Assembly: GCA_963663035.1 (NCBI GenBank)
Contig: OY760074.1
Coordinates: forward strand, 2,109,570 to 2,173,569
DNA: 64,000 nt
Direction: 5' to 3'
From: Acidobacteriota bacterium
Lineage (GTDB): Bacteria > Acidobacteriota > UBA6911 > RPQK01 > JADFOI01
Position numbers and translations under genes: made by a program. Below the pieces are notes generated by a model that was given only the letters and a program-made list of their open reading frames with translations, had not been told where the DNA came from and ran no database searches. Of the stretch, positions 51,871 through 60,211 are shown piece by piece (positions within the stretch are counted from its first letter, which is position 1; the number at the start of each line of letters is the position of its first letter).

Positions 51871-52009
51871 GAAACGATGCGATGATTCCAGCATCTCTGC
51901 TCGTCGGCTTCTGGGAACACGTTGCGCAACGCTCCCCAGATCCCCAAGTGAGTGTTTTTACCGCCCCCGTCGACTAAAAGCTCTCCTGAAGAGGAGATGT
52001 TTATCTAAA

Positions 52010-52044
52010 GGAGAGGAGGCAGGAGGTAGGAGGCAGGAGATAAG
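52010..52044. repeat. purine-rich heptamer array (GGAGAGG AGGCAGG AGGTAGG AGGCAGG AGATAAG)
   Basis: It is the reverse-complement type of the 40695 array and contains three AGGAGG. A partly complementary CT-rich stretch lies at 52100-52120. Confidence 0.8.
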
Positions 52045-52122
52045 AAACCAAGTGAGTGTTTTTATTCTTCAGTTTTCAAACCATAATCCTGCCCTATCGC
52101 TCTCCTGTCTCCTGACTCCTTC

Positions 52123-53121
52123 TTAGAAGTCACCCCACCTTAGAAGCACACTACCCCAAGTAAAGCCGGCTCCAAAGCTGGCCAGGAGCACGAGATCTCC
52201 CTTGTTGATGCGCCCCTCCCCATGGGCCTCGGTCAACCCGATGGGAATGGTGCCCGCCGTGGTATTAGCGTAGCGATCAATGTTGATAACGGCCTTTTCA
52301 GGAGCGAGTCCGAGGCGCTCCAGCGAAGCTTTGATGATTCTGATATTGGCTTGGTGAGGAACGTAAAGAGTGACGTCATCGGAAGTGAAGCCATTCCTCT
52401 CCAGAATGTCAGCACACACTTCCGTTATACGTTTCACAGCGAATTTAAAAACATTTCTCCCGTCCTGATGCACATAGTGCATTTTCTTGTCGATAGTCTC
52501 ATGAGTGGCCGGATGAAGGCTGCCGCCTGCCGGCATGTAGAGAAACTTCCCCCCCGCTCCGTCGCTGTGAAGCATGAAGTCGAGAATCCCAATGTTTTCT
52601 TCCTGAGTTGGCTCGAGCAAGACCGCTCCTGCCCCATCACCAAAGAGGACACAGGTGGTCCGATCCTCAAAGTCGAGTATCGAACTCATGACATCCGTTC
52701 CCACTACCAGCACCTTCTTATAACTCCCCGTCTGGACAAACTGCGCACCGGTGGCCATGGCATAGAGAAAACCCGAGCAAGCTCCTGACAAGTCAAAGCT
52801 CCAGGCATTCTTGGCACCGATTTTTTCCTGCACAATACAGGCAGTCGAGGGGAACATCATGTCTGGAGTCACTGTGGCAACAATGATCAGGTCCAGCTCC
52901 TCGGGGTGCACGTCTCTCCCTCGAAGGGCATTCTCGATGGCCTTTACGGACAGATCACTGTTAGCCTGTCCCTCTGAAACAATGCGTCGTTCCGAAATGC
53001 CGCTCCGGTCACGAATCCACTCATCGGAAGTGTCTACCAAAAGTGACAACTCGTCATTTGTAACCTTTTTCTCCGGTACATACATGCCGAGAGCGGTAAT
53101 TTGGGCTAGTATTTTTTGCAA
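52123..53121 (-). CDS. fabH: beta-ketoacyl-ACP synthase III
   Basis: DTSDEWIRDRSGISERR, active-site DLSGACSGFLYA, HQANIRI, and GNTTAGTIP. Confidence 0.95.
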   Translation of the reverse strand: MQKILAQITALGMYVPEKKVTNDELSLLVDTSDEWIRDRSGISERRIVSEGQANSDLSVKAIENALRGRDVHPEELDLIIVATVTPDMMFPSTACIVQEKIGAKNAWSFDLSGACSGFLYAMATGAQFVQTGSYKKVLVVGTDVMSSILDFEDRTTCVLFGDGAGAVLLEPTQEENIGILDFMLHSDGAGGKFLYMPAGGSLHPATHETIDKKMHYVHQDGRNVFKFAVKRITEVCADILERNGFTSDDVTLYVPHQANIRIIKASLERLGLAPEKAVINIDRYANTTAGTIPIGLTEAHGEGRINKGDLVLLASFGAGFTWGSVLLRWGDF

Positions 53122-53141
53122 ATTCTCTCCACTCCTGCAGA

Positions 53142-53810
53142 CTACTGAGACATCACCTCCACACCGGGTGGCACCTTGAAATTAAATTGCCCGTCGGGAA
53201 TTGGGATGTTCTCCCGGAAATTCATCATGATGTATTCGTTGCGATTTCCAATAGGCTCAATCACGATCAACCGACGGACCAGATAGTTTGAAGGGTCGAC
53301 TTCCAGAATTACATATGAATAAATACCCTGAGGCTTCTTCGGTGTTAATCGTATCAGTATGTTCTCTCCCTGAAGTGGCTTCTCCTCTGGTTCCAGCCCA
53401 ACTTGAAAGTCTTCCCCAAGGTTCCCTCTACCCATCAAGAACAGGAGAGGCGTTTGAGCGTTGCTCAGGTCTAGATCGGAGACGATCACTTGCTTGTCCA
53501 GGGGGAGATAGAAGTAGCTTTTCTGGCCGTCGGCAACGAAAACCTTTGGAGTGGGCTGCCGGTACTCCCAGTACATTTTCCCTGGTTTTTCCATGATCAT
53601 AATGCCCGATTCCTGCAGTTGGAAGTTCCCGCTCCGAAAGAGTTGTGTGAAGTCAGCCGAGAAGCTCTCTATCTGCTCATACTTGTTCTGAAGCTTTGCC
53701 ATCAGCTGATCCGGCGTTTCAGAACTCACCCGTCCCGACATCGAAAGAACCACCAGAAGGGTGGTGGCGAGCAATCTGCAACGAGTGGTCGAGCCGCTAA
53801 ATCGAGTCAT
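53142..53810 (-). CDS. LolA-like outer-membrane lipoprotein carrier protein
   Basis: Signal peptide, then SFSADFTQ ... GKMYWEYRQP ... DGQKSYFYLP, as in the LolA family. ATG at 53810 overlaps the lspA stop. Confidence 0.7.
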   Translation of the reverse strand: MTRFSGSTTRCRLLATTLLVVLSMSGRVSSETPDQLMAKLQNKYEQIESFSADFTQLFRSGNFQLQESGIMIMEKPGKMYWEYRQPTPKVFVADGQKSYFYLPLDKQVIVSDLDLSNAQTPLLFLMGRGNLGEDFQVGLEPEEKPLQGENILIRLTPKKPQGIYSYVILEVDPSNYLVRRLIVIEPIGNRNEYIMMNFRENIPIPDGQFNFKVPPGVEVMSQ

Positions 53811-54294
53811 GCTCTTGGATTTGCTTGTCAATGTCTCCCATAAAGGTTTCATATAAGATGAAAAGAACGCCGCAAGTAATCGCACTGTCGGCCAGATTGA
53901 AGGTAGGCCAGCTCAAGTAGTCTTGCCAGTGCAGCTCGATAAAGTCAGTCACATGGTTGTGAAAAAGACGTTCAATGAAGTTTCCCAGGATTCCACCCAG
54001 AAGCAGCCCCAGGGAACCCAAAAGCCCAACTTTATCCACGGGTGTTAGCCAAATGTAGTAGAGCACAATGATCACGGCAATGATAGCCAGGACCGAAAGA
54101 ATGACGGGCTTCCACGGTGTCTGGAGAGTGTGAAACAGGCCAAACGCGATCCCCTCATTTCGGACATAATGAATGGTGAAGAATCCCTCAATAATCTCGT
54201 AATTCTGGAGCCAGCTGGTACTCTGAACCCACCACTTTGTAATGAGGTCCAGCGTCAAGATAATAAAACCTAAACTGATAGCCGCTACGCGCAT
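53797..54294 (-). CDS. lspA: lipoprotein signal peptidase II
   Basis: LDLITKWWV, NEGIAFG, and FNLADSAITCGV motifs. ATG at 54294; the track extension would overlap ileS. Confidence 0.9.
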   Translation of the reverse strand: MRVAAISLGFIILTLDLITKWWVQSTSWLQNYEIIEGFFTIHYVRNEGIAFGLFHTLQTPWKPVILSVLAIIAVIIVLYYIWLTPVDKVGLLGSLGLLLGGILGNFIERLFHNHVTDFIELHWQDYLSWPTFNLADSAITCGVLFILYETFMGDIDKQIQEHDSI

Positions 54295-54310
54295 TTTACT
54301 GTTGCCATCT

Positions 54311-57118
54311 TCACGCTGATACCTGACCGATTTCCTCGAGAACAGCGTAGCAGCGAGAGCAAATGGTGGGCAGATCGGCATGGGATCCTACCGCCTGGGA
54401 ATAAGTCCAGCACCGCTCACACTTCGCACCCGAGGCCTTTGACACGAAGACTTCGATCTGGTCGCCGGACAGCTCCGAACTCTCCTTCAACTCGATGTCA
54501 GAAACAATAAACAAAGAACGAAGATCCTGAGAAAGACCCTGTAAATACTCGAAGATTTCGGGACTACACTGGATTTGCACCTTCGCCTCCAGCGAATTGC
54601 CAATTTGTTTTTCCTGCCGACTTTCCTCCAGCGCCTTGCTGACCCTGGCCCGCACCTCCAGAAGTCGTTCCCACTGATCCAGCAGATTGTCGTCTCGATA
54701 CTGCTCGATTTCTCGCGAAAACTCAGCCAGATGTACCGATTCCACCGGCTCATCCTGCAAATAGAGCTTCTTCCAAATCTCTTCGCAAGTGAAAGGTAGG
54801 ATGGGCGCAAGCAGTCGGACCAGAGTATCGCTGATTCTGAACAGAGCTGTTTGAGCAGCTCGCCGCTCGAGCGAGCCGGGAGCCGAGGTATAGAGACGGT
54901 CCTTTAACACATCGAAATAGAAACTTGACAAATCGATGACGCAAAAGTTGTAAAGGACATGGAAAACAACATGAAATTCGAAGCTCTGATAGGCTTCCTG
55001 GGCCCGCTGCGCGACCTGAGCCGTGCGTGCCAGTGCCCAGCGGTCGATCTCGGTCAAATCTTCAGAGGAAACCTCTTTGCGGCAATCGAAGTCAAACAGG
55101 TTGCCCAGTAGAAATCGATGGGTATTGCGAAGTTTTCGGTAGGCTTCACGCAGCCGCGAAAGAACCTCCTCACCCAGACGTGCGTCCTCAGTATAGTTAA
55201 TGGAGGAAACCCATAGTCGGAGGATCTCTGCTCCATTGGTTTTCATGAGGTCGAGCGGAGAAATGACATTGCCGCGAGATTTCGACATGGCATGTCCTTC
55301 CACATCGAGTGTCCAGCCGTTGCAGATGACGATACGGTATGGCGCGGCATCCTTCACACCAACAGCGATTAAAAGGGAGCTGTGAAACCATCCGCGGTAC
55401 TGATCTCCACCCTCTAGATAAACGTCGGCAGGCCAGGTCAGATCTTCACGATCACCCAGCAAAACGTGATGGCTGACACCGGAATCAAACCAAACATCCA
55501 AGATGTCTTCTTCTTTTTCAAACTCACGGCCGCCACATTCACAACGTGTTCCTTCAGGAACCAGTTCAGCAACACTCAAAGCGAACCATGCATCGGCACC
55601 CTGCTTCTGGAAGATATCGGCAACATGATTGATGACCCGGCTCAGCAGTAGTGGTTCCTGACATTTCTTACAGTAGAAGGCAACGATGGGAACTCCCCAG
55701 ATCCTTTGTCGGCTGATACACCAATCTGGTCGGTTGGCGATCATGTTGCTGATTCGTTCCTCGCCCCAAGCGGGGATCCAGCGCACCTGCTTGACCTCCT
55801 CAAGTGCCCGCTGTCGCAAATCGGCGTGATCCATACTGATGAACCACTGCGGAGTAGCCCGAAAGATCACAGGATTGTGGCAGCGCCAGCAGTGTGGATA
55901 ACTGTGCGTAATCGTTTTTTCCGCTACCAGGACATCCTTTTCGACCATTAACTGGTTAATCTTGGGGTTGGCTTCAAACACCTCGAGATCTGCGAAGTGT
56001 TCCACCTCGGAAGTGAATCTCCCTGAACTGTCCACTGGACAATAAATCTCCAGCCCTTTCTCGATTCCCACCTGATAGTCCTCCTGGCCATGTCCAGGAG
56101 CAGTGTGAACAGCGCCCGTACCCTGCTCGAGGGTTACGTGGTCGGCGAGAATGCTCTTCGAGTCTCGATCCAACCAGGGGTGGCGAAAGAGAAGATCTTT
56201 CAGGGCCTCGCCTTTGACCGTGGTCACCACACGATAGCTCTCAAATCCACATTCCCGAGCAACTTGTTCAAGCAACTCCTGAGAAATGATGTAGATCTCA
56301 TCCGAAACCTCCACCAGAGAGTAGTCAAACTTGGGGTGAAAGCAAATGGCCAGATTGGCCGGCAGGGTCCATGGAGTTGTGGTCCAGATCAACGCAAAGA
56401 CCTTGCGCTGGGCCAACTCGGGAAGAAGACTCGTGGCCCCTTGGACTAGCGGAAACTTCACATAGATCGAGGGACTGGTATGATCCCCATACTCTACTTC
56501 CGCTTCCGCCAGCGCCGTTTCACACGAGATACACCAGTGAACTGGTTTCAGTCCTTTGTAGACACTTCCCTTCTCTACAAATTGACCAAAAAGCCTGGCG
56601 GTTTCCGCTTCGTACTCGGGACTCATAGTCAGGTAAGGAGCGTCCCACTCTCCGAAAATGCCGAGTCGTATGAACTCCTTTCTTTGGATCTCGACGAACT
56701 TTTGAGCGTATTTTCGACACTCCCGACGAATCTTGAGCAGATCCCTATCCGCCCCTTTCTGTGCTACAACTTTGATCTCGATGGGGAGGCCGTGACAGTC
56801 CCACCCAGGGAGGTAGGGAGCATCGTACCCTTCCATTGTTTTGGATTTCACAATAAGGTCTTTGAGCGTCTTGTTCAGAGAGTGACCAAGGTGAATATGC
56901 CCGTTGGCGTAGGGGGGACCATCGTGGAGGACAAAAGTCTTCCGTCCCTTACGCTCAGCACGGATTTTCTGATACAGACCCATCTGCTGCCACAACTCCA
57001 GGGTGCGAGACTCCAGCTCGGGGAGATTCGCCTTCATGGAGAAGTCGGTTCTGGGCAGATTAATCGTTTTTTTCAAGTCTAGCTGCTCCGGCAATGCTCT
57101 CTCCTTTTTAGAAGCCAA
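54311..57118 (-). CDS. ileS: isoleucine--tRNA ligase
   Basis: 935 aa. HIGH-type motif PPYANGHIHLGH, KMSKS-type motif AMSKSRGN, and a C-terminal CxxC...CxxC zinc motif. Confidence 0.95.
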   Translation of the reverse strand: MASKKERALPEQLDLKKTINLPRTDFSMKANLPELESRTLELWQQMGLYQKIRAERKGRKTFVLHDGPPYANGHIHLGHSLNKTLKDLIVKSKTMEGYDAPYLPGWDCHGLPIEIKVVAQKGADRDLLKIRRECRKYAQKFVEIQRKEFIRLGIFGEWDAPYLTMSPEYEAETARLFGQFVEKGSVYKGLKPVHWCISCETALAEAEVEYGDHTSPSIYVKFPLVQGATSLLPELAQRKVFALIWTTTPWTLPANLAICFHPKFDYSLVEVSDEIYIISQELLEQVARECGFESYRVVTTVKGEALKDLLFRHPWLDRDSKSILADHVTLEQGTGAVHTAPGHGQEDYQVGIEKGLEIYCPVDSSGRFTSEVEHFADLEVFEANPKINQLMVEKDVLVAEKTITHSYPHCWRCHNPVIFRATPQWFISMDHADLRQRALEEVKQVRWIPAWGEERISNMIANRPDWCISRQRIWGVPIVAFYCKKCQEPLLLSRVINHVADIFQKQGADAWFALSVAELVPEGTRCECGGREFEKEEDILDVWFDSGVSHHVLLGDREDLTWPADVYLEGGDQYRGWFHSSLLIAVGVKDAAPYRIVICNGWTLDVEGHAMSKSRGNVISPLDLMKTNGAEILRLWVSSINYTEDARLGEEVLSRLREAYRKLRNTHRFLLGNLFDFDCRKEVSSEDLTEIDRWALARTAQVAQRAQEAYQSFEFHVVFHVLYNFCVIDLSSFYFDVLKDRLYTSAPGSLERRAAQTALFRISDTLVRLLAPILPFTCEEIWKKLYLQDEPVESVHLAEFSREIEQYRDDNLLDQWERLLEVRARVSKALEESRQEKQIGNSLEAKVQIQCSPEIFEYLQGLSQDLRSLFIVSDIELKESSELSGDQIEVFVSKASGAKCERCWTYSQAVGSHADLPTICSRCYAVLEEIGQVSA

Positions 57119-57176
57119 AGCAGAACTTTAACAAAAGAAGAGGTTTTCTGTTAATGAGGGAGATTAGAAATACGGA

Positions 57177-58022
57177 CTAACGGAGATTGAATTGGACCTC
57201 TATGGTGGCCAGAACATCCACCGGTCTTCCCTTGAGGGTTCCTGGGCGAAATCTCCACTGGGTGGCAATTTCTTGAATGGCTTTCTCCTCCAGGCCGTAA
57301 CCGAGAGCTCTCAACACCTTGAAGCTGTCAACTCGTCCATCCCTTCGAATCACGGCTTGAAGAATGACAACCCCCTGGACCTTGGCTTTGATGGCGTCGT
57401 CTGTATAGCTCGGTGTCGTCTGTTGTATAATCTGCGGCATCGTGACGCCACCGCCGATTGTGTAAACCCCACCATCACCCGTTCCAGTACCTTCACCAGG
57501 AACTGGCCCCCGCCCAGAACCGCTCACGGGAGGACCGGGAGGTGCCGTAATATCTGCCAGAGCCAAATCTGAGGCAATTTCCTCCAATATCCGTGGGATA
57601 TCCTCGATGTCCTTCTTCCGAATGGGCTCGGGGGCGTTGGGAGTGGGATCAGGAATCGGGACCAGGTTGGGCTTGGGTTCCGGTATTGTCGGCTCGGGTT
57701 TAGGTGGAATGGCCTCAGGCTGGCTTCCACCTCCTGCCAGAGCTGCAGGCTCGGCCAACTGCTTCAAGACCAGGACCTCTTGGGTGGCAATCAAGACCCG
57801 CTCACCGAATGAAGGGATAACCATCAACAACAGTAAGATGTGAAAGAGGAGCGCCAGGACGGAAGCCACTTGCAGTGGCTTTCGTCCGCTAGGGTCATGC
57901 TGAAAAGGATTATAGGGATCGCTCACAAAGCGGAGGCGTTCAGCCTCCGTGATCTTCAGAGCCAACAGTACTTCAAGGAAATTCCTGACCTTTGCCAGAA
58001 AGGTCTGCCCTTCTATGGTCAT
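57177..58022 (-). CDS. TonB family energy-transducer protein
   Basis: N-terminal anchor, Pro-rich spacer (PEPTIPEPKPNLVPIPDPTPNAPEP), and a C-terminal TonB_C-like VQGVVILQAVIRRDGRV ... RFRPG. Confidence 0.8.
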   Translation of the reverse strand: MTIEGQTFLAKVRNFLEVLLALKITEAERLRFVSDPYNPFQHDPSGRKPLQVASVLALLFHILLLLMVIPSFGERVLIATQEVLVLKQLAEPAALAGGGSQPEAIPPKPEPTIPEPKPNLVPIPDPTPNAPEPIRKKDIEDIPRILEEIASDLALADITAPPGPPVSGSGRGPVPGEGTGTGDGGVYTIGGGVTMPQIIQQTTPSYTDDAIKAKVQGVVILQAVIRRDGRVDSFKVLRALGYGLEEKAIQEIATQWRFRPGTLKGRPVDVLATIEVQFNLR

Positions 58023-58116
58023 CTGTTTCTGTGCGTCCTCTCTCTATATCCTAGAAAAGTCAAGGTCTTCGGTCAAACCTCCTCTCTCAATTTGATGAGA
58101 ACTGAGGGGTAAAGTA

Positions 58117-58827
58117 TCACTTTGGTGGGTCGACCCCTAAAATTTCGGTATCCCTGCCGATAGGATTTGCACGGCGTGACTGCAGAAACTCATGGGTCCG
58201 GGCAGGAAAGCCTTCGAATTGCCTTTTCAGATCTTGTTCCAAGCGGCGAAGATCTGAGACCGTGTCCACATCATACCAGCGCGGAAGCAGGAAGAACTCA
58301 TGGGGCGCCACTCTGGACAGAGTCTCTCCCAAGACGATGGCCGTGCCCCAGGGGATATTCTGGAAAAGCTCTCTTCTCGGCTGGGAAAGTGCCAACAAGT
58401 AATAGCCCCCGTCCTCAACCGGACCTGCCACCACTGGGAACTGGGACAATTTTGCAAAAGCCTCCTTGATATAGGACACGGGTAAAGAAGGGGTATCAGT
58501 TCCCAAAAACACAACCTGATGGGAAGATCGGCAAACCTTCACATAAGCATTCCACATCCGTTCACCCAGATCCTTTCCCTCCTGGCAATGCATTTGAACC
58601 GAGTGGGGGAGGTGGTGCTCTCGGGCGAAGCTCCGCATTTCCTGATGAGAACAGTCGGCGAGAAAAAGAGAGCAAGTGAGGTTGAGAGAAGCGGTCCGAT
58701 CGAGGGTATCCAACAGCAGTGCTTGATGAAGCTGGAGGCAGCCAGCAGGAGACAGGACAGATGCCAGACGTGTCTTGACTTGGCCTAACCGAGGATATCG
58801 GGAAAAAATCAGGAGGGCGTCACTCAA
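58117..58827 (-). CDS. DUF2064 / TIGR04282-like glycosyltransferase-fold protein
   Basis: LLIFSRYPRLGQVKTRLA ... FLGTDTP ... GPVEDGGYYLLAL. A TTG start at 58827 avoids overlap with the upstream HNH gene; the track ATG at 58920 is the alternative. Confidence 0.7.
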   Translation of the reverse strand: MSDALLIFSRYPRLGQVKTRLASVLSPAGCLQLHQALLLDTLDRTASLNLTCSLFLADCSHQEMRSFAREHHLPHSVQMHCQEGKDLGERMWNAYVKVCRSSHQVVFLGTDTPSLPVSYIKEAFAKLSQFPVVAGPVEDGGYYLLALSQPRRELFQNIPWGTAIVLGETLSRVAPHEFFLLPRWYDVDTVSDLRRLEQDLKRQFEGFPARTHEFLQSRRANPIGRDTEILGVDPPK

Positions 58828-58834
58828 AAGAGTA

Positions 58835-59356
58835 CTAATGACTCCAAAAAATGTAGTTTTTCCAACTATCGGGGGTCTCAGAACCCCACAAAAGGAAAGT
58901 GAGTCTATGGGGAAAGCCATAGGGAGCTTTCGGTCGTCTCAAAGGCTTTAAGCCGGCCTCTTCTGGAGTTCGATTCCCTTTTTTCCTGTTGCACCTAATG
59001 CAACAGGTGACAATGTTCTCCCAACTCTTATGACCTCCTCGAGCCACTGGAATGACGTGATCGTAGGTGAGTTGGTTGGCAGAAAATTTACACCCACAGT
59101 ATTGACAACTGTGTCGATCCCGGGAGTAAATGTTACTTCTCGTGAATTTCACCTGGTGATGATGTCGCTTCACCTTCACATAGCTCAGCAACCTCAAGAC
59201 AGAAGGCAGAGGAATGGAAAGGGAGACACTTCGGATCTCGCGGTCATATTGTGCGAGCACCTCAACTTTCTCTTGGAACAGCATACGCAAGGCACGCTTC
59301 CATGAAATCACGTGTAAGGGCTCGAAAGTTGAGTTCAACACCAGAATCTGTTCCAT
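58835..59356 (-). CDS. HNH endonuclease family protein
   Basis: CQYCGCK ... LTYDHVIPVARGGHKSWENIVTCCIRCNRKKGNR. Confidence 0.85.
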   Translation of the reverse strand: MEQILVLNSTFEPLHVISWKRALRMLFQEKVEVLAQYDREIRSVSLSIPLPSVLRLLSYVKVKRHHHQVKFTRSNIYSRDRHSCQYCGCKFSANQLTYDHVIPVARGGHKSWENIVTCCIRCNRKKGNRTPEEAGLKPLRRPKAPYGFPHRLTFLLWGSETPDSWKNYIFWSH

Positions 59357-59605
59357 AGCTGAAGAAGATATCTACTGCATCGGCAGTTTCGTTATCAACA
59401 TCACCTCATACGCCAGAAACGTGTACCAGCAACAGTGTAGGAGAGTAGACAAACCCGGCCAAATCAGCGAAGTCAGGTCTATCCACCCTGGCCTTTTCAC
59501 TCGGGCTGTTCTAAAATACCACAAGATGACAGCCAAACCTGCTCTTGGGAATGATAGCAGCAGCTCGACGAGGGTAGGCGTGCGGTTGCCCTGAAATTAT
59601 CCCAA

Positions 59606-59926
59606 ATGGAAAATCTTGGTTCGGTTTTTTCTGATCTTTTGCGCCAGATTGCCTCTGATGAGGAGACTGCACTGATCTTTCTGAATGAACTCTGGCCGCA
59701 GATTGTGGGAAAGGACCTGGCTCTCAGAAGCCACCCATTGGCCTTGAGAAGTAAGAGGCTCCGGATTGCCGTTGGGAGCAAGACATGGAAGAAAGAACTG
59801 ATGGAGCTGCACCAAATGATGATTCATGCTGTTAACAAGTATTGGAACTGCGACCTGGTTCACACGGTCGAATTCGAGGTCCGGAGGGAAAGTGCCTCGT
59901 TTCATAAATACGATGACGTTTGCTGA
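59606..59926 (+). CDS. DUF721 (DciA-like) protein with its 3' end running into a MITE
   Basis: LWPQIVGKDLALRSHPLALRSKRLRIAVGSKTWKKEL pattern. The last 11 codons and the stop lie inside MITE-C copy 2. Confidence 0.65.
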   Translation: MENLGSVFSDLLRQIASDEETALIFLNELWPQIVGKDLALRSHPLALRSKRLRIAVGSKTWKKELMELHQMMIHAVNKYWNCDLVHTVEFEVRRESASFHKYDDVC

Positions 59927-60166
59927 TGGGTCTTGCGAGGCGAGGTCAAGGAGCGAGGAGGAGGCGATGTCAGGGACATCGGCGACGACGAGAAACACAG
60001 AGATCGCCCGCAACCCCCATCAGCCCAAAGGGTGGCGGCGGGACGGCATCGATTTCTTTGTCGCTCCTCCTCCGCGATACAAACTGGCATCGCGTCGTCG
60101 TCGCTTCGCGAACTCGACGCCGTCGCGCTCGACACAAACGTTACCGTATTTATGAAGCGAGGCACT
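59891..60166. mobile_element. MITE family C, copy 2 (about 276 bp), inverted relative to copy 1
   Basis: TIRs AGTGCCTCGTTTCATAAATACGATGACGTTTG / CAAACGTTACCGTATTTATGAAGCGAGGCACT. The interior is collinear with the reverse complement of 12043-12315. Confidence 0.8.
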
Positions 60167-60211
60167 AAGAAGTTGTCCACGCCGATCAGCAAGTCCTATA
60201 ATCAGGAACTT

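Noticed and set aside
58835-59356. HNH endonuclease plus neighbours as a restriction or defence module
   Set aside because: It is a single small HNH protein of a widely conserved stand-alone type. Its neighbours are a DUF2064 glycosyltransferase-fold gene and a DUF721 gene. No methyltransferase, helicase or ATPase partner is nearby.
59933-60211. N-terminal 93 codons of the 1005-aa track ORF (Arg/Asp-rich, MRGEVKERGGGD...)
   Set aside because: This segment lies inside MITE-C copy 2. The same low-complexity translation appears at the other copy (11894-12274 and 12040-12315). A proper signal peptide starts at the ATG at 60212.
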